From positions 13,410-77,409 of the forward strand of contig CAIVPR010000071.1 of assembly GCA_903907865.1 (NCBI GenBank): 64,000 bases of DNA, in the 5' to 3' direction. The notes beneath the pieces were generated by a model. That model was not told where the DNA came from. It searched no databases and saw only the letters and a list, made by a program, of their open reading frames with translations. The DNA comes from an uncultured Acidobacteriia bacterium. Its GTDB lineage: Bacteria; Acidobacteriota; Terriglobia; Bryobacterales; Bryobacteraceae. Numbering within the stretch: position 1 is the stretch's first letter; each line of letters opens with the position of its first letter. This document shows positions 17,610 through 26,861 of the stretch, in pieces. A program made the translations under genes and the position numbers.

Positions 17610-19067
17610 CTACCGCCCCTTCTTCGCCTTCTCCTCCGCCCGCGCCAGCATCGCGTCCAACTCCCGCCGCCCGTGCACCCGGCCGCCCTGCATTACCGCC
17701 TCGATCTCCCTGGTATGCGCAATCGCCTCCAACGGATTCGACCGCAGCAGCACCAAATCCGCCACCTTCCCCTTTTCCACGCTGCCTTCCCGGTCCGCCT
17801 CCCCGCGCCACTTCGCCGCGTTGATGGTCGCCATCCGCAGCACCTCCGCCGGAGCCAGCCCGATCCGCACCAGCGCCTGCATCTCCTCCACCATCGACCA
17901 TCCCGGCATCGTGAAGTTGTTGTTTGTCCCCGAATCCGTCCCCACGATCATCGGCACGCCCGCCTTGTTCGCGGCCAGCGTCACATCCGCCCAGCGCTTC
18001 TGAGACGCGTTCCGCAACGTCAGCGCCCGTCCCTCGATCGGCCTGCGGAACCCCTTCGGATCCCAAGAAGTCCAGATCGACGGCGGAATATACCGCTTCC
18101 GGTCATCCAAATCGTAGTTCTTCGAAGCGTCTTGGGCCACTTGGCTGCTCACGAAGACCGTCGGCGTTACCCAGAACTGCTTTTCCGCCATAGCCTTCCA
18201 GACCTTGGCACCTTCCTTGTCGTCCTGCATCGCGATCAGACGGGCACTCTGCTCCGCCGCGTCCATCGCCCAATCCTTGCCCCGCCGACGCTCGACCTCG
18301 GCGTCGAAACGGTCGTATTCGACCCGGTCCGTGCCCACAAGGTACTGGCCGTGTTCCATGCCGTCGATCCCGGTTTCCAAGAACTCCTGGATCGAAAGGT
18401 TGGACGGCTTGTGCCCTGTAACCTTCATTCCGTTCTTGTGCGCCTCGTCCACCACGGCCTTTACGACCTCGGCGGACATGCGGCGGAAGTAGATCTTGAT
18501 GAAATCGGCCCCGGCCTGTTTCATCTGGCGCACACCCTCGCGGGCGTCGTTGGGCGTCTTCACCCCGATGGAACCAGCCCACGCCGGAGGGTCGTTGTCG
18601 AGCTTCCGACCCGCCGTTAGAATGCGCGGACCCGGCCGTTTTCCGGCACGGATTTCGTCGCGCCATTGGAAAACTTCGTCCGCGAGGTCGCCGCCCATTT
18701 CGCGGATTCCCACGATGCCATTCGGCAGAAACAGATCGAGCGTGGCGGCATTTTCTTCCGGGATGCGGACGTTGGGTCTGGCCTGGTCGCTGCGCAGGTG
18801 GACGTGCATGTCCCACAGGCCCGGGATCAGGTAGCGACCGTCTCCGGGAATGCGCTTGGCGGCAGCGGGAATCGGCGTGGAAGCTGCGGGCCCGATTGCC
18901 GAAACATGCCCGTCGGCCACCAACACCGTCTGTCCGGGCACAACAACGCCTTGGACCACGTCAACGACGTTCACATTCACAAACGCCAGGGGCGCAGGGC
19001 CTTGCGCGGACCCAAACCGGGCAGTAAGAATAAATAAGGAAGGAATCAGCCTCCGAGGCACTCGCAT
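17610..19067 (-). CDS. secreted amidohydrolase-family metallohydrolase
   Basis: Signal peptide. Metal-binding MHVHL (HxH), AGADFIKIY, and GTDSG near the C-terminus; 485 aa. Confidence 0.85.
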   Translation of the reverse strand: MRVPRRLIPSLFILTARFGSAQGPAPLAFVNVNVVDVVQGVVVPGQTVLVADGHVSAIGPAASTPIPAAAKRIPGDGRYLIPGLWDMHVHLRSDQARPNVRIPEENAATLDLFLPNGIVGIREMGGDLADEVFQWRDEIRAGKRPGPRILTAGRKLDNDPPAWAGSIGVKTPNDAREGVRQMKQAGADFIKIYFRRMSAEVVKAVVDEAHKNGMKVTGHKPSNLSIQEFLETGIDGMEHGQYLVGTDRVEYDRFDAEVERRRGKDWAMDAAEQSARLIAMQDDKEGAKVWKAMAEKQFWVTPTVFVSSQVAQDASKNYDLDDRKRYIPPSIWTSWDPKGFRRPIEGRALTLRNASQKRWADVTLAANKAGVPMIVGTDSGTNNNFTMPGWSMVEEMQALVRIGLAPAEVLRMATINAAKWRGEADREGSVEKGKVADLVLLRSNPLEAIAHTREIEAVMQGGRVHGRRELDAMLARAEEKAKKGR

Positions 19068-19119
19068 GCCCGTATGATCTCACCCCTGCTATAGTTGCTG
19101 CTAGCCCCCGAAGCCATCT

Positions 19120-19860
19120 ATGAGTTTTCTCGCCACCGTGGCGCATTCCCTTTGGGTCTGGGGCGTCACCGCGCTCCTGATCCTTTGCTGGTTGCCTGCC
19201 TTGGCCTTGGTGCGACTGTTGGATCGCGATCCGCTCGCGCTGCGTACCGCCCGCGTGTTGCGGGTCCTTGGTCGCATGATCATCCGGGCCCAGTTCCCCA
19301 AACTGACGATCTCAGGGATGGGGAACGCCCGACCCCATACAACCTACCTGATCGTCTGTAACCACCAATCGTCGATCGACGTGCCGCTGGCGTCCTTCGT
19401 ACCCGTGGATTGCAAGTTCCTCGGCAAGGACGTGCTGTTCCGAATCCCCGTCGTCGGCTGGATGATGCGGATGTCGAAGGACGTGCCCGTCAGCAGGGCC
19501 GACACGCACAGTGCTGCCCGCGCCTTGATCCATTGTGCCAAGTTGATGCGCGACGGTTGCTCGGTCCTGGTCTTCCCCGAAGGGACGCGCAGCTACGACG
19601 GCAACTTGCTACCGTTCTCGGACGCCCCCTTCAAGGTGGCGATCCGACAGGGAGTCTCCATCCTGCCGGTGGTGCTCGACGGCACCGGCTCCTATCTGCC
19701 GCGCAGCGCCTTCCTGTTCTCCGAGCGGTGTCCGATCCACTTCAGCATCCTGCCGCCGGTTTCGGTGGAGGGATGCGGTCTAAAAGGTGCCCCGGAGCTT
19801 GCGGAGCGCGTGCGGAACCTCATGACGGAGGAACTAGCGCGGATTCGCAAATCCGACTAG
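19120..19860 (+). CDS. plsC: 1-acyl-sn-glycerol-3-phosphate acyltransferase (lysophospholipid acyltransferase family)
   Basis: HX4D motif CNHQSSIDVP and FPEGTRS motif. N-terminal TM helix. Confidence 0.85.
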   Translation: MSFLATVAHSLWVWGVTALLILCWLPALALVRLLDRDPLALRTARVLRVLGRMIIRAQFPKLTISGMGNARPHTTYLIVCNHQSSIDVPLASFVPVDCKFLGKDVLFRIPVVGWMMRMSKDVPVSRADTHSAARALIHCAKLMRDGCSVLVFPEGTRSYDGNLLPFSDAPFKVAIRQGVSILPVVLDGTGSYLPRSAFLFSERCPIHFSILPPVSVEGCGLKGAPELAERVRNLMTEELARIRKSD

Positions 19861-22640
19861 GGCTCGGTCGACTCGGCCAGCTTCTTCGCGACGCGTTCCA
19901 CCTGTTTGGGAACATTGGCCGCCGCCGTGGTGTTTAGAAGCGCCTTCCACTTGTCCAAGGCTTGCGACAGGGCGGCCCGGGCACCCGCCTTGTCCCCCAG
20001 GATCTCTTCCACTTCCGCCAACCACTCCCGGGATTGGGGGCCGTATAGGACCATCCGGTCGTGCATCGGCCCCTCGACCGCATATTTGTCGGCCACCGCG
20101 ACCGCTTCCTCCGCCACCTTCAAGGCAGCCCCCCGGCGACGCAGTTTGGCTTGGATCCGACCTGTCAGCTTGTACGCCATCATTGTCCGATTCCGCGCAG
20201 CCCCATAGGTGGGCTCCCGCACCACCAACGCCGAGGCGACCTTGTACGAGTCCTCCGCCTTGACGAGGGCTTCCGGCAGGCGACCCAGCAGTTCCAGACG
20301 CTGCCCCTCGGTATCGAGGGTGTTGCACAAGAACACATACGAAAGGCGGGAATTGGGGGAGTCGCGGAGGACCTCGCGGATCAGCCCTTCCGCCTCGCCG
20401 AGGGTTTTTAGCGAGTCGAGCACCGAGGCTCGGTCCTGGGAGCGGAGGACCATAACCGACCCGGTCAGCGACGAGGAGTAGTCGATCCGCGCGTTGATGT
20501 TCTTCGGATCGGCGTTCATGATGTCGCGGGCAATGCCGGCGGCCCTGCGATAGTAGGCCACGGCCTGGGCGTCGCGCTCGGGCGAGGGATCATCCGCCAG
20601 GTTCTGGATCGCCACACCCACCCGACCCAGGCTGATAGTGAGATCCCTTTTCGCCATCACGTCCGTCGGTCGTTTCCGGACCAGTTCCTCCCGGATCGCC
20701 AAGCTCTTACGGGCATACTCGAGGGATCTGGCGCGCTCATTCCCGCTGCCCAGCGCCAGCGCGGCATTGCTGTAACTGGCTCCGAGCATGGACTGCAGCT
20801 GGTAGTCTTCCGGATAGCGGTTCGCCAGCGTCTCGTAGATCGCCGTCGATTTGAGAGCCCAACCGACGGCGGCCCCGTCCGAACGGATCGACTCGATTTC
20901 CAGCATGGAACCGTACATGCCCGCCTGTTCCCAGAGGACCTTCCTGTCGTTCGGGTACAGCTTGGCCAGACGCTCGGCTTCGCGGACCAGCGGCTCGACG
21001 GTGGCGACGGTTTCGGCGAGCGTTGCGGTGTCGAACTGGACACTCGCGATGCGGTCGCCGACATCCATCCGCAGCAGCGCATCCTCTTTGGTGTCGCCCG
21101 CCGCCCGCATCCGGTCGAGGATCCGGGCTGCGCTCCGGTAGCTGGCGATGGCCCCCTTCGGATCACCGAGGTTGGGACGCCGCGACAGTCCCAACACGTC
21201 TCCCATCTTGAGGTAACCGGCGACGAGCGCACGGGTCAAGGCGCGATTTCCCGTCTCGTCGGCGCTGAGCTTGTCGAGGTATTCGAGCGTCGCCTTGACC
21301 ATCTTGCGCCGGGTTTCGGTGGTGCCGGATTGGCGGGCCAAGTCGTCGTCGACCTCGAACAGGGCCTTGTTGGCAAGCTGCAGGAGGTCCTGGAGGCGGC
21401 GTTCGGCACGGGAACTTTGTTGCGTGGCGATCCGGGCCTCGCGGATGGCGACGATGGAGCCGCCGACGATGCTGGCGAGGGTCAAAGCCGCGGCGGTGGC
21501 CACCACCACGTGCCTCCGCAGGAACCGCCCCGCGACATAGCCGAAGGAATTGCCCCGCGCCAGGACCGCCCGGCCTTCCATGTGTCGGATCAAGTCGAGG
21601 CGCAGGTCGTTGGCCGAGGCGTAGCGGCGCGCCGTCTCCTTGCTCATCGCCGTTTGAACGATGTTGTCGAGGTCGCCTTCGATTGCGCGGCGGAAGGCGG
21701 GGGGCGCGTGCTGGCTGGGCTTGCCCGGATCGTCGTCGCAAACGACCTTTGACACTTCCTCTTGTGTGTAGTTCGTCAGGCGGTGGGCCTTGGTGCCTGC
21801 GAGAAGTTCGAACAGAACCGCACCGAGGGAATAGACGTCGCTGGCGGTGGTGACGCCTTGTCCGCGCACTTGTTCGGGGCTGGCGTAGTCGGGCGTCAGC
21901 AGACGGGCCTCGGCCACTGTTTCGAACTGCGTGCGACCGTCGGCGGCACCCGGCCCGAGCAGCTTCGCGATGCCGAAGTCGAGAAGATGGGGCGTGCCGT
22001 CGGACGAAACGAGGATGTTGGACGGCTTCAAGTCGCGGTGCACGACCAAGTTCTGGTGAGCGTAGGAGACGGCCTCGCAGACCTTGCAGAATAGGGCGAC
22101 GCGCTCTGCCACACCCAGATTGTTGTCGACGCAGAAGGCATGGATCGGCTTGCCGTCCACGTACTCCATGACGAAGTACGGGCGGCCGTCAGGGAGCGTG
22201 CCGCCATCGAGCAGCCGGGAAATGTAGGGGTGGTTGAGCTGGGCGAGGATCTGGCGTTCATCGCGGAAGCGCCGGAGGAGGGCGGCGGAATCCATGCCCC
22301 GTTTGAGGATCTTGATGGCGGCCTGTTTCTGGAACTGGTCGTCGTTGCGGGTGGCGAGGAAAACGGTGCCCATCCCGCCATGGCCGATTTCACGGACGAT
22401 CCGCCAATTGCCAAGGGTCCGGTCGGTCCAGTCCTCGGCGGAGAGTTCGTTGGCTACGGAAACGATGGACTTCGCGAAGATGGACCGGTGCGCGTCGTCG
22501 TCGGCTTCCAGCATCTCCCGGACTTCGCGGAGCAGATCGGTGTCACCGGCGGACTCGGTCTCGAGAAATGCCGGACGGTCGGCGGCAGGGATCTCCAACG
22601 CCTGGAGGAAGAGCTCTTCGATGCGCTGCCAACTTGCCAT
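19857..22640 (-). CDS. Ser/Thr protein kinase with TM segment and long TPR-like C-terminal region
   Basis: Hanks kinase motifs GHGGMGTVF, AIKILK, HRDLKPSNILV, DFGIAKLL, SPEQ. The C-terminal ~550 aa are helical-repeat-like. Confidence 0.88.
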   Translation of the reverse strand: MASWQRIEELFLQALEIPAADRPAFLETESAGDTDLLREVREMLEADDDAHRSIFAKSIVSVANELSAEDWTDRTLGNWRIVREIGHGGMGTVFLATRNDDQFQKQAAIKILKRGMDSAALLRRFRDERQILAQLNHPYISRLLDGGTLPDGRPYFVMEYVDGKPIHAFCVDNNLGVAERVALFCKVCEAVSYAHQNLVVHRDLKPSNILVSSDGTPHLLDFGIAKLLGPGAADGRTQFETVAEARLLTPDYASPEQVRGQGVTTASDVYSLGAVLFELLAGTKAHRLTNYTQEEVSKVVCDDDPGKPSQHAPPAFRRAIEGDLDNIVQTAMSKETARRYASANDLRLDLIRHMEGRAVLARGNSFGYVAGRFLRRHVVVATAAALTLASIVGGSIVAIREARIATQQSSRAERRLQDLLQLANKALFEVDDDLARQSGTTETRRKMVKATLEYLDKLSADETGNRALTRALVAGYLKMGDVLGLSRRPNLGDPKGAIASYRSAARILDRMRAAGDTKEDALLRMDVGDRIASVQFDTATLAETVATVEPLVREAERLAKLYPNDRKVLWEQAGMYGSMLEIESIRSDGAAVGWALKSTAIYETLANRYPEDYQLQSMLGASYSNAALALGSGNERARSLEYARKSLAIREELVRKRPTDVMAKRDLTISLGRVGVAIQNLADDPSPERDAQAVAYYRRAAGIARDIMNADPKNINARIDYSSSLTGSVMVLRSQDRASVLDSLKTLGEAEGLIREVLRDSPNSRLSYVFLCNTLDTEGQRLELLGRLPEALVKAEDSYKVASALVVREPTYGAARNRTMMAYKLTGRIQAKLRRRGAALKVAEEAVAVADKYAVEGPMHDRMVLYGPQSREWLAEVEEILGDKAGARAALSQALDKWKALLNTTAAANVPKQVERVAKKLAESTEP

Positions 22641-22805
22641 CTTGTTCGTTTAGGTGAAGCGCTTGCGGAGTCTCGGCGATGGCGGGAGAGCGACCGTCAT
22701 AGTTTCAATATAGTGCTTTTCGTGGACCGGTTTGTATCAACTGGCATCAAGCGTAGATTTCTGCCATACTGGTTTTGCTCCAGTTCTCTTCCGACCGCCA
22801 GCCGG

Positions 22806-25286
22806 ATGAGGATATTCACACCGACCCAACATAAACGCCTCAACGAGGTGATGGGAGTACTGTTCCTTGCGGGCGGTATTCTCGCGCTCCTCAGTTTCGC
22901 GTCGTTCCACCCCTCGGACTCGTCATGGAATACCGTGACAGGTCGGGAAACCGCTGAGAACCTCATCGGGCCCGTCGGCGCGTTCGTGGCCGACCTTTTC
23001 CTGCAAAGCTTCGGCTTCGCCGCGTTCCTGCTGCCCATCCTGATGTTCGGATTGGGCTGGAAGTGGATCCGGTCGGAGGCCTTGGAAGCTCCGTGGGTGA
23101 AGGTTCCGGGTGCCGGGCTCATGGTGCTTTCCGCCTGCGGGTTGGCCGCGATGCTGCCGGACTGGCGTGCCTTCGAGCACACCGTGATGCCGGGCGGCGC
23201 GGTCGGGTTCCTGCTGGCGGGATTCCTCAAACATGGTTTCAACGCGGCGGGCGCGGCGGTCCTGATGGGCACCTGCCTGCTGGTTTCGACGTACTTGGTA
23301 TCAACGTTTACGCTCTCGGTGCTCTGGAATTTCCTTGCTCCCATCGGGGCGTTCTTCACGGGCATCGCGGATAGTTGGCGCGCGTGGAAGCAGCGCCGCC
23401 GCGAGGAGGCCGAGGAACGGAGGCTGCGCAAGGCCGAGGCGAAGGCTGAAGCCAAGGCCGCGCGGCGTCAACTGCCAGCACCATCGGAACAGGCGACGAC
23501 GCGGTTGGTCGACACCGAAATTGTGGAAGTGCGCGAATCGGTCGGCCCGCCGATCATTCCGCAACCCATGGCGGCACCCCGCGGGCGGGCGAAAAATCCA
23601 ACCCAATCGCTTTCAGAGAGTCTGCCTTGGGATGATCCGTCGCCCTCGGCATTGCCGGAGCAGGTGGGCGAGACGTCGGATCCATCGGATATCCCGATCC
23701 GCCGTTTGGACGAAGAACCGATTTCGCCGCTCCAGGCGGGCGAATTCCCGTTCACCAAGCCGTTGCCGAAGACACGGGAATCCGCCATCAAGCGGCAGAC
23801 GATCTACCGGCTGCCGTCGACCGATCTGCTCAACGAGATTCCGCAGCGCTCCGCCTTCGACGAGCAGGAACTCAAGAACACGGCCGCCGCGATCAAGTCT
23901 AAGTTCGAGGAGTTCAACGTCCTCGGCAACGTGGTCCAGATCAATCCGGGCCCGGTTGTGACCACTTTCGAGTTCAAGCCGGAGGCGGGCATCAAGTACA
24001 GCCGCATCACCACGCTGATGGAGGACCTGTGCCTCGGGCTGCAGGCTGAATCGATCCTGATCGAGCGCATTCCGGGCAAGCCGACGGTCGGCATCGAGGT
24101 GCCGAACACCAAGCGCGAAGTGATCAGCCTCAGGGCGGTGTTCGAGTCCGAGGAATTCGAGTCTTCGCCGTCGCACATGACGATCTCGATGGGCAAGGAC
24201 ATCAACGGGCGCATCAAAGTGGCGACGCTGGAAACGATGCCGCACATGCTGATCGCGGGTTCGACGGGGTCGGGCAAGTCGGTGATGATCAATTCGCTGA
24301 TCATGTCGATCCTGTACAAGTCGACGCCGGACGAGGTCCGGATGATCATGGTGGACCCGAAGCGGGTCGAATTGGGGATGTACGAGGGGATTCCGCACCT
24401 GCTGACGCCGGTGATCACGGACCCGCGCAAGGCGACCAACGCGCTGAAGAACGCCGTGCTGGAAATGGAGCGGCGGCTGCGGCTGCTGGCCGAGCAGGGC
24501 GCGCGCAACATCGACCAGTTCAACAAGAAGGTGCTGAGCCTGCGGAACCAGCCGCGGAGCTTGTTCGAGGAAGAGGACGGGGATGTGCCGAAGGACGAGT
24601 TGCGTCCGCTGCCGTACATCCTGATCCTGATCGACGAGTTGGCGGATTTGATGATCCTGGAGGGCAAGAACGTCGAGGAGTCGGTGACGCGGCTGGCGCA
24701 GATGGCGCGCGCGGTCGGGATGCACTTGGTGCTGGCGACGCAACGGCCGAGCGTGGACGTGATCACCGGAATTATCAAAGCCAATTTCCCGGCGCGGATC
24801 AGTTTCCGGGTGGCGACGCGGGTGGACAGCCGGACGATTCTGGACGTGATGGGGGCCGAGCACCTGCTGGGCAAGGGCGACATGCTGTTCCTGCCGCCGG
24901 GCTCGTCGCGGTTGACGCGTGTGCACGGGGCATTCGTGACGGAGTCGGAAATCAGCGGGGTGGTGGATTTCTGGAAGGCGCAGGCAAAGCCGGAATACGA
25001 CCAGTCGTACTTGATCGCGCCGCCGACGGACGAAGGGGACGGGACTGCGGAAGAGGTGGAGTCGGGCGAGCAGGATCCGATGTACGAAGAGGCGATGCGG
25101 GTGGTGCTAGAGATGGGGAAGGCGTCGACTTCGACGTTGCAGCGCCGGTTGCGGCTGGGTTACGGGCGCGCGGCGCGGATTCTGGACATGATGTACAAGG
25201 ACGGGGTGATCGGGCCGCCGGACGGGAGCAAGCCGCGGGAGGTGTTGAAGCGGCCGGAGTGGTTGCGGGAAGTGGATCATGTGTAG
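22806..25286 (+). CDS. ftsK: DNA translocase FtsK/SpoIIIE
   Basis: Start re-picked at MRIFTPTQHKRLNEV (ATG 22806, in frame with track ORF 22140..25286, whose 5' part overlaps the kinase). N-terminal TM helices, Walker A AGSTGSGKSV, DELADLM, and gamma wHTH ASTSTLQRRLRLGYGRAARILD. Confidence 0.92.
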   Translation: MRIFTPTQHKRLNEVMGVLFLAGGILALLSFASFHPSDSSWNTVTGRETAENLIGPVGAFVADLFLQSFGFAAFLLPILMFGLGWKWIRSEALEAPWVKVPGAGLMVLSACGLAAMLPDWRAFEHTVMPGGAVGFLLAGFLKHGFNAAGAAVLMGTCLLVSTYLVSTFTLSVLWNFLAPIGAFFTGIADSWRAWKQRRREEAEERRLRKAEAKAEAKAARRQLPAPSEQATTRLVDTEIVEVRESVGPPIIPQPMAAPRGRAKNPTQSLSESLPWDDPSPSALPEQVGETSDPSDIPIRRLDEEPISPLQAGEFPFTKPLPKTRESAIKRQTIYRLPSTDLLNEIPQRSAFDEQELKNTAAAIKSKFEEFNVLGNVVQINPGPVVTTFEFKPEAGIKYSRITTLMEDLCLGLQAESILIERIPGKPTVGIEVPNTKREVISLRAVFESEEFESSPSHMTISMGKDINGRIKVATLETMPHMLIAGSTGSGKSVMINSLIMSILYKSTPDEVRMIMVDPKRVELGMYEGIPHLLTPVITDPRKATNALKNAVLEMERRLRLLAEQGARNIDQFNKKVLSLRNQPRSLFEEEDGDVPKDELRPLPYILILIDELADLMILEGKNVEESVTRLAQMARAVGMHLVLATQRPSVDVITGIIKANFPARISFRVATRVDSRTILDVMGAEHLLGKGDMLFLPPGSSRLTRVHGAFVTESEISGVVDFWKAQAKPEYDQSYLIAPPTDEGDGTAEEVESGEQDPMYEEAMRVVLEMGKASTSTLQRRLRLGYGRAARILDMMYKDGVIGPPDGSKPREVLKRPEWLREVDHV

Positions 25287-25303
25287 GGGGGAGGCCCCTA
25301 CAC
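25281..25303. terminator. hairpin overlapping the ftsK stop, between convergent ftsK and hicB
   Basis: GTGTAGGGG-GGAGG-CCCCTACAC (9-bp stem). No U-tract, so function is uncertain. Confidence 0.35.
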
Positions 25304-25366
25304 CCGCTTGACGTCAGGACGGCCCGCAGTGTATGTTGAGGCCCCGGCTGCGGATAGACCGTTGCC

Positions 25367-25585
25367 TTACGCCGCGATCTGGATCATCTCCACGTGGGAC
25401 GGTTCCGGAATGGGGTCGCCGTCTTCCCTCATCGATTTGAGGTGGATAGCCATGGCCTCTTCCATTAGTTTTCGCGTTTCTTCCAGAGTGTCGCCGACCG
25501 CGACACATCCGGGCAGGTCTGGCGCGTAGGCTCCGTACCCGGTGGCGGACTTTTCGAAGAAGACTGCGTACTTGGTTTGGCTCAT
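25367..25585 (-). CDS. hicB: type II toxin-antitoxin system HicB-family antitoxin (short form)
   Basis: YAVFFEKSATGYGAYAPDLPGCVAVGDTLEETRKLMEEAMAIHL is the HicB N-domain pattern. Overlaps the hicA stop by 4 nt. Confidence 0.85.
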   Translation of the reverse strand: MSQTKYAVFFEKSATGYGAYAPDLPGCVAVGDTLEETRKLMEEAMAIHLKSMREDGDPIPEPSHVEMIQIAA

Positions 25586-25776
25586 TTGATACCTGCCTGT
25601 TTGAGTATAGACTTGAGGGTTGTAGGCGGCATTTCTTTGGAAGGGTGGCCCGCGATTGTTGCCTTGCCCGGTCTAGTCGGGTGGACATATTGACGATGGC
25701 TTCCCTCCGTGTTCTTGTGGATCCAGCCATGGCTCTCGATCAGCTTGATGACGTCCCGAACCTTCATGAATTTCAC
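25582..25776 (-). CDS. hicA: type II toxin-antitoxin system HicA-family mRNA interferase toxin
   Basis: VIKLIESHGW...EGSHRQYVHP...ATIAGHPSKEMPPTTLKSILKQAGI (the HicA GSH...H...IL(K)QAG pattern). Confidence 0.85.
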   Translation of the reverse strand: MKFMKVRDVIKLIESHGWIHKNTEGSHRQYVHPTRPGKATIAGHPSKEMPPTTLKSILKQAGIK

Positions 25777-25907
25777 TCTGCCGCGCGGCGATGCGTTCTT
25801 GATTCAACCTGGATCTGACACGGATGTGGTTGGGGATCGGTCGCTAGGCGGGATCAAGCGGTTTGTCATACCGCGCGACGCGGGTTGAGCAGCCGACCGG
25901 ATTCACG

Positions 25908-26345
25908 CTAAAGTGCCGGTGGAGAGAATGCCGTTGTCGATGACCGCCCCGCCAATTGGGGTGTGGATTTGGCTGCGGTTGTGGCGGTGTGGAGGGGTGG
26001 GGCGAGGCGTCCGCAGCAGCGCTTGTACTTTTGGCCGGAGCGGCAGGGGCAGAGGGCGTTTCGGGCGATTTGGGGATGCGCGGCGGGGGCTTGGGGCTGT
26101 ACTTGGGGTTGCGCTTGGGCCGGGGCCTCGGGTTTCGGGGCGGATTCGAATTTGGGGAGGTCGCGGAGCATCTTCATGGCGCGGCCGAGGGCGATGAAGG
26201 CGCGGTCGCGGTCCCGGTCGTTGGCGGCGCGGAGTTTGGGGTTGGGTTCGAGGGCGAGCTCGGCTTCGCGGGTTTCGCATTCGGCGATGCGGGCGACGCA
26301 GCGGGCGATTTCACGGTTGAGCAGGATTTCGATTTCGTTGGCCAT
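25908..26345 (-). CDS. SEC-C metal-binding-motif protein, unknown function
   Basis: Start re-picked at MANEIEILL (ATG 26345 with GGGAGGAC just upstream). Coiled N-terminus, Pro/Gln/Ala linker, then CPCRSGQKYKRCCG (SEC-C motif). Confidence 0.65.
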   Translation of the reverse strand: MANEIEILLNREIARCVARIAECETREAELALEPNPKLRAANDRDRDRAFIALGRAMKMLRDLPKFESAPKPEAPAQAQPQVQPQAPAAHPQIARNALCPCRSGQKYKRCCGRLAPPLHTATTAAKSTPQLAGRSSTTAFSPPAL

Positions 26346-26861
26346 AGTGGGTCCTCCCGGCAACGAGGGTACGCGAGGGAGGGGTCGATTCCGAACTATG
26401 GTTTTTGCAAGTTATTGATTCTGTGGGGAAGATTGGGTGAAAAAAGTTGTGAACGTAAAGATCTCTACAGCTGGGCGGCGCGAAAAATGCGGGCGGAGCG
26501 GTGGCGCGCGCGTCCCGGGTGTTGCCGTCGCTCGGTGAGCTAGGCCGCGGCAGCCGTCGGCTATGGGGTTTGCCGGATGCCGGGTGCAACTGGGCGGGGG
26601 ATGCGCACGTCTCCGGCGTTTGGTGGCCCGTGAGGGCGACTGTTCTGGATTCGGGCGCACTCCGGCGGCGCATTGCGGGGGCGGCATGCTTGGCCGGGTT
26701 GTTTGCGGCTGCTCATGACGTTCCCGGAGGCCGGTTTGGCCAGCGGTAGGCGGCTACCACCCGTACCGGACCAGTGTCTCCTTCTTGCAGCGCTGGCACG
26801 TTTCCAGCAGCAGCCCGGCGTTGGGTGCCCACAGCTCGAGGCTGCGCGCGCGGCTCGGACC

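Noticed and set aside
22140-22805. N-terminal extensions in the ORF track: ftsK 22140-22805, aspartate kinase 7466-7678, adaptor 36335-36736, RND 37758-37952, anti-sigma 13676-13831, Zn-ribbon gene 15007-15240.
   Set aside because: The extensions overlap neighbouring real genes and lack protein-like sequence. Internal starts give canonical N-termini (MKFGGTSV, lipobox, signal peptides) and typical 4-nt overlaps or short gaps.
26794-26809. Sigma-54-like element TGGCACG-N4-CAGCA on the + strand.
   Set aside because: The GG/GC spacing fits, but it points into the 3' end of the minus-strand dehydratase gene with no downstream + strand gene. Most likely a chance occurrence.
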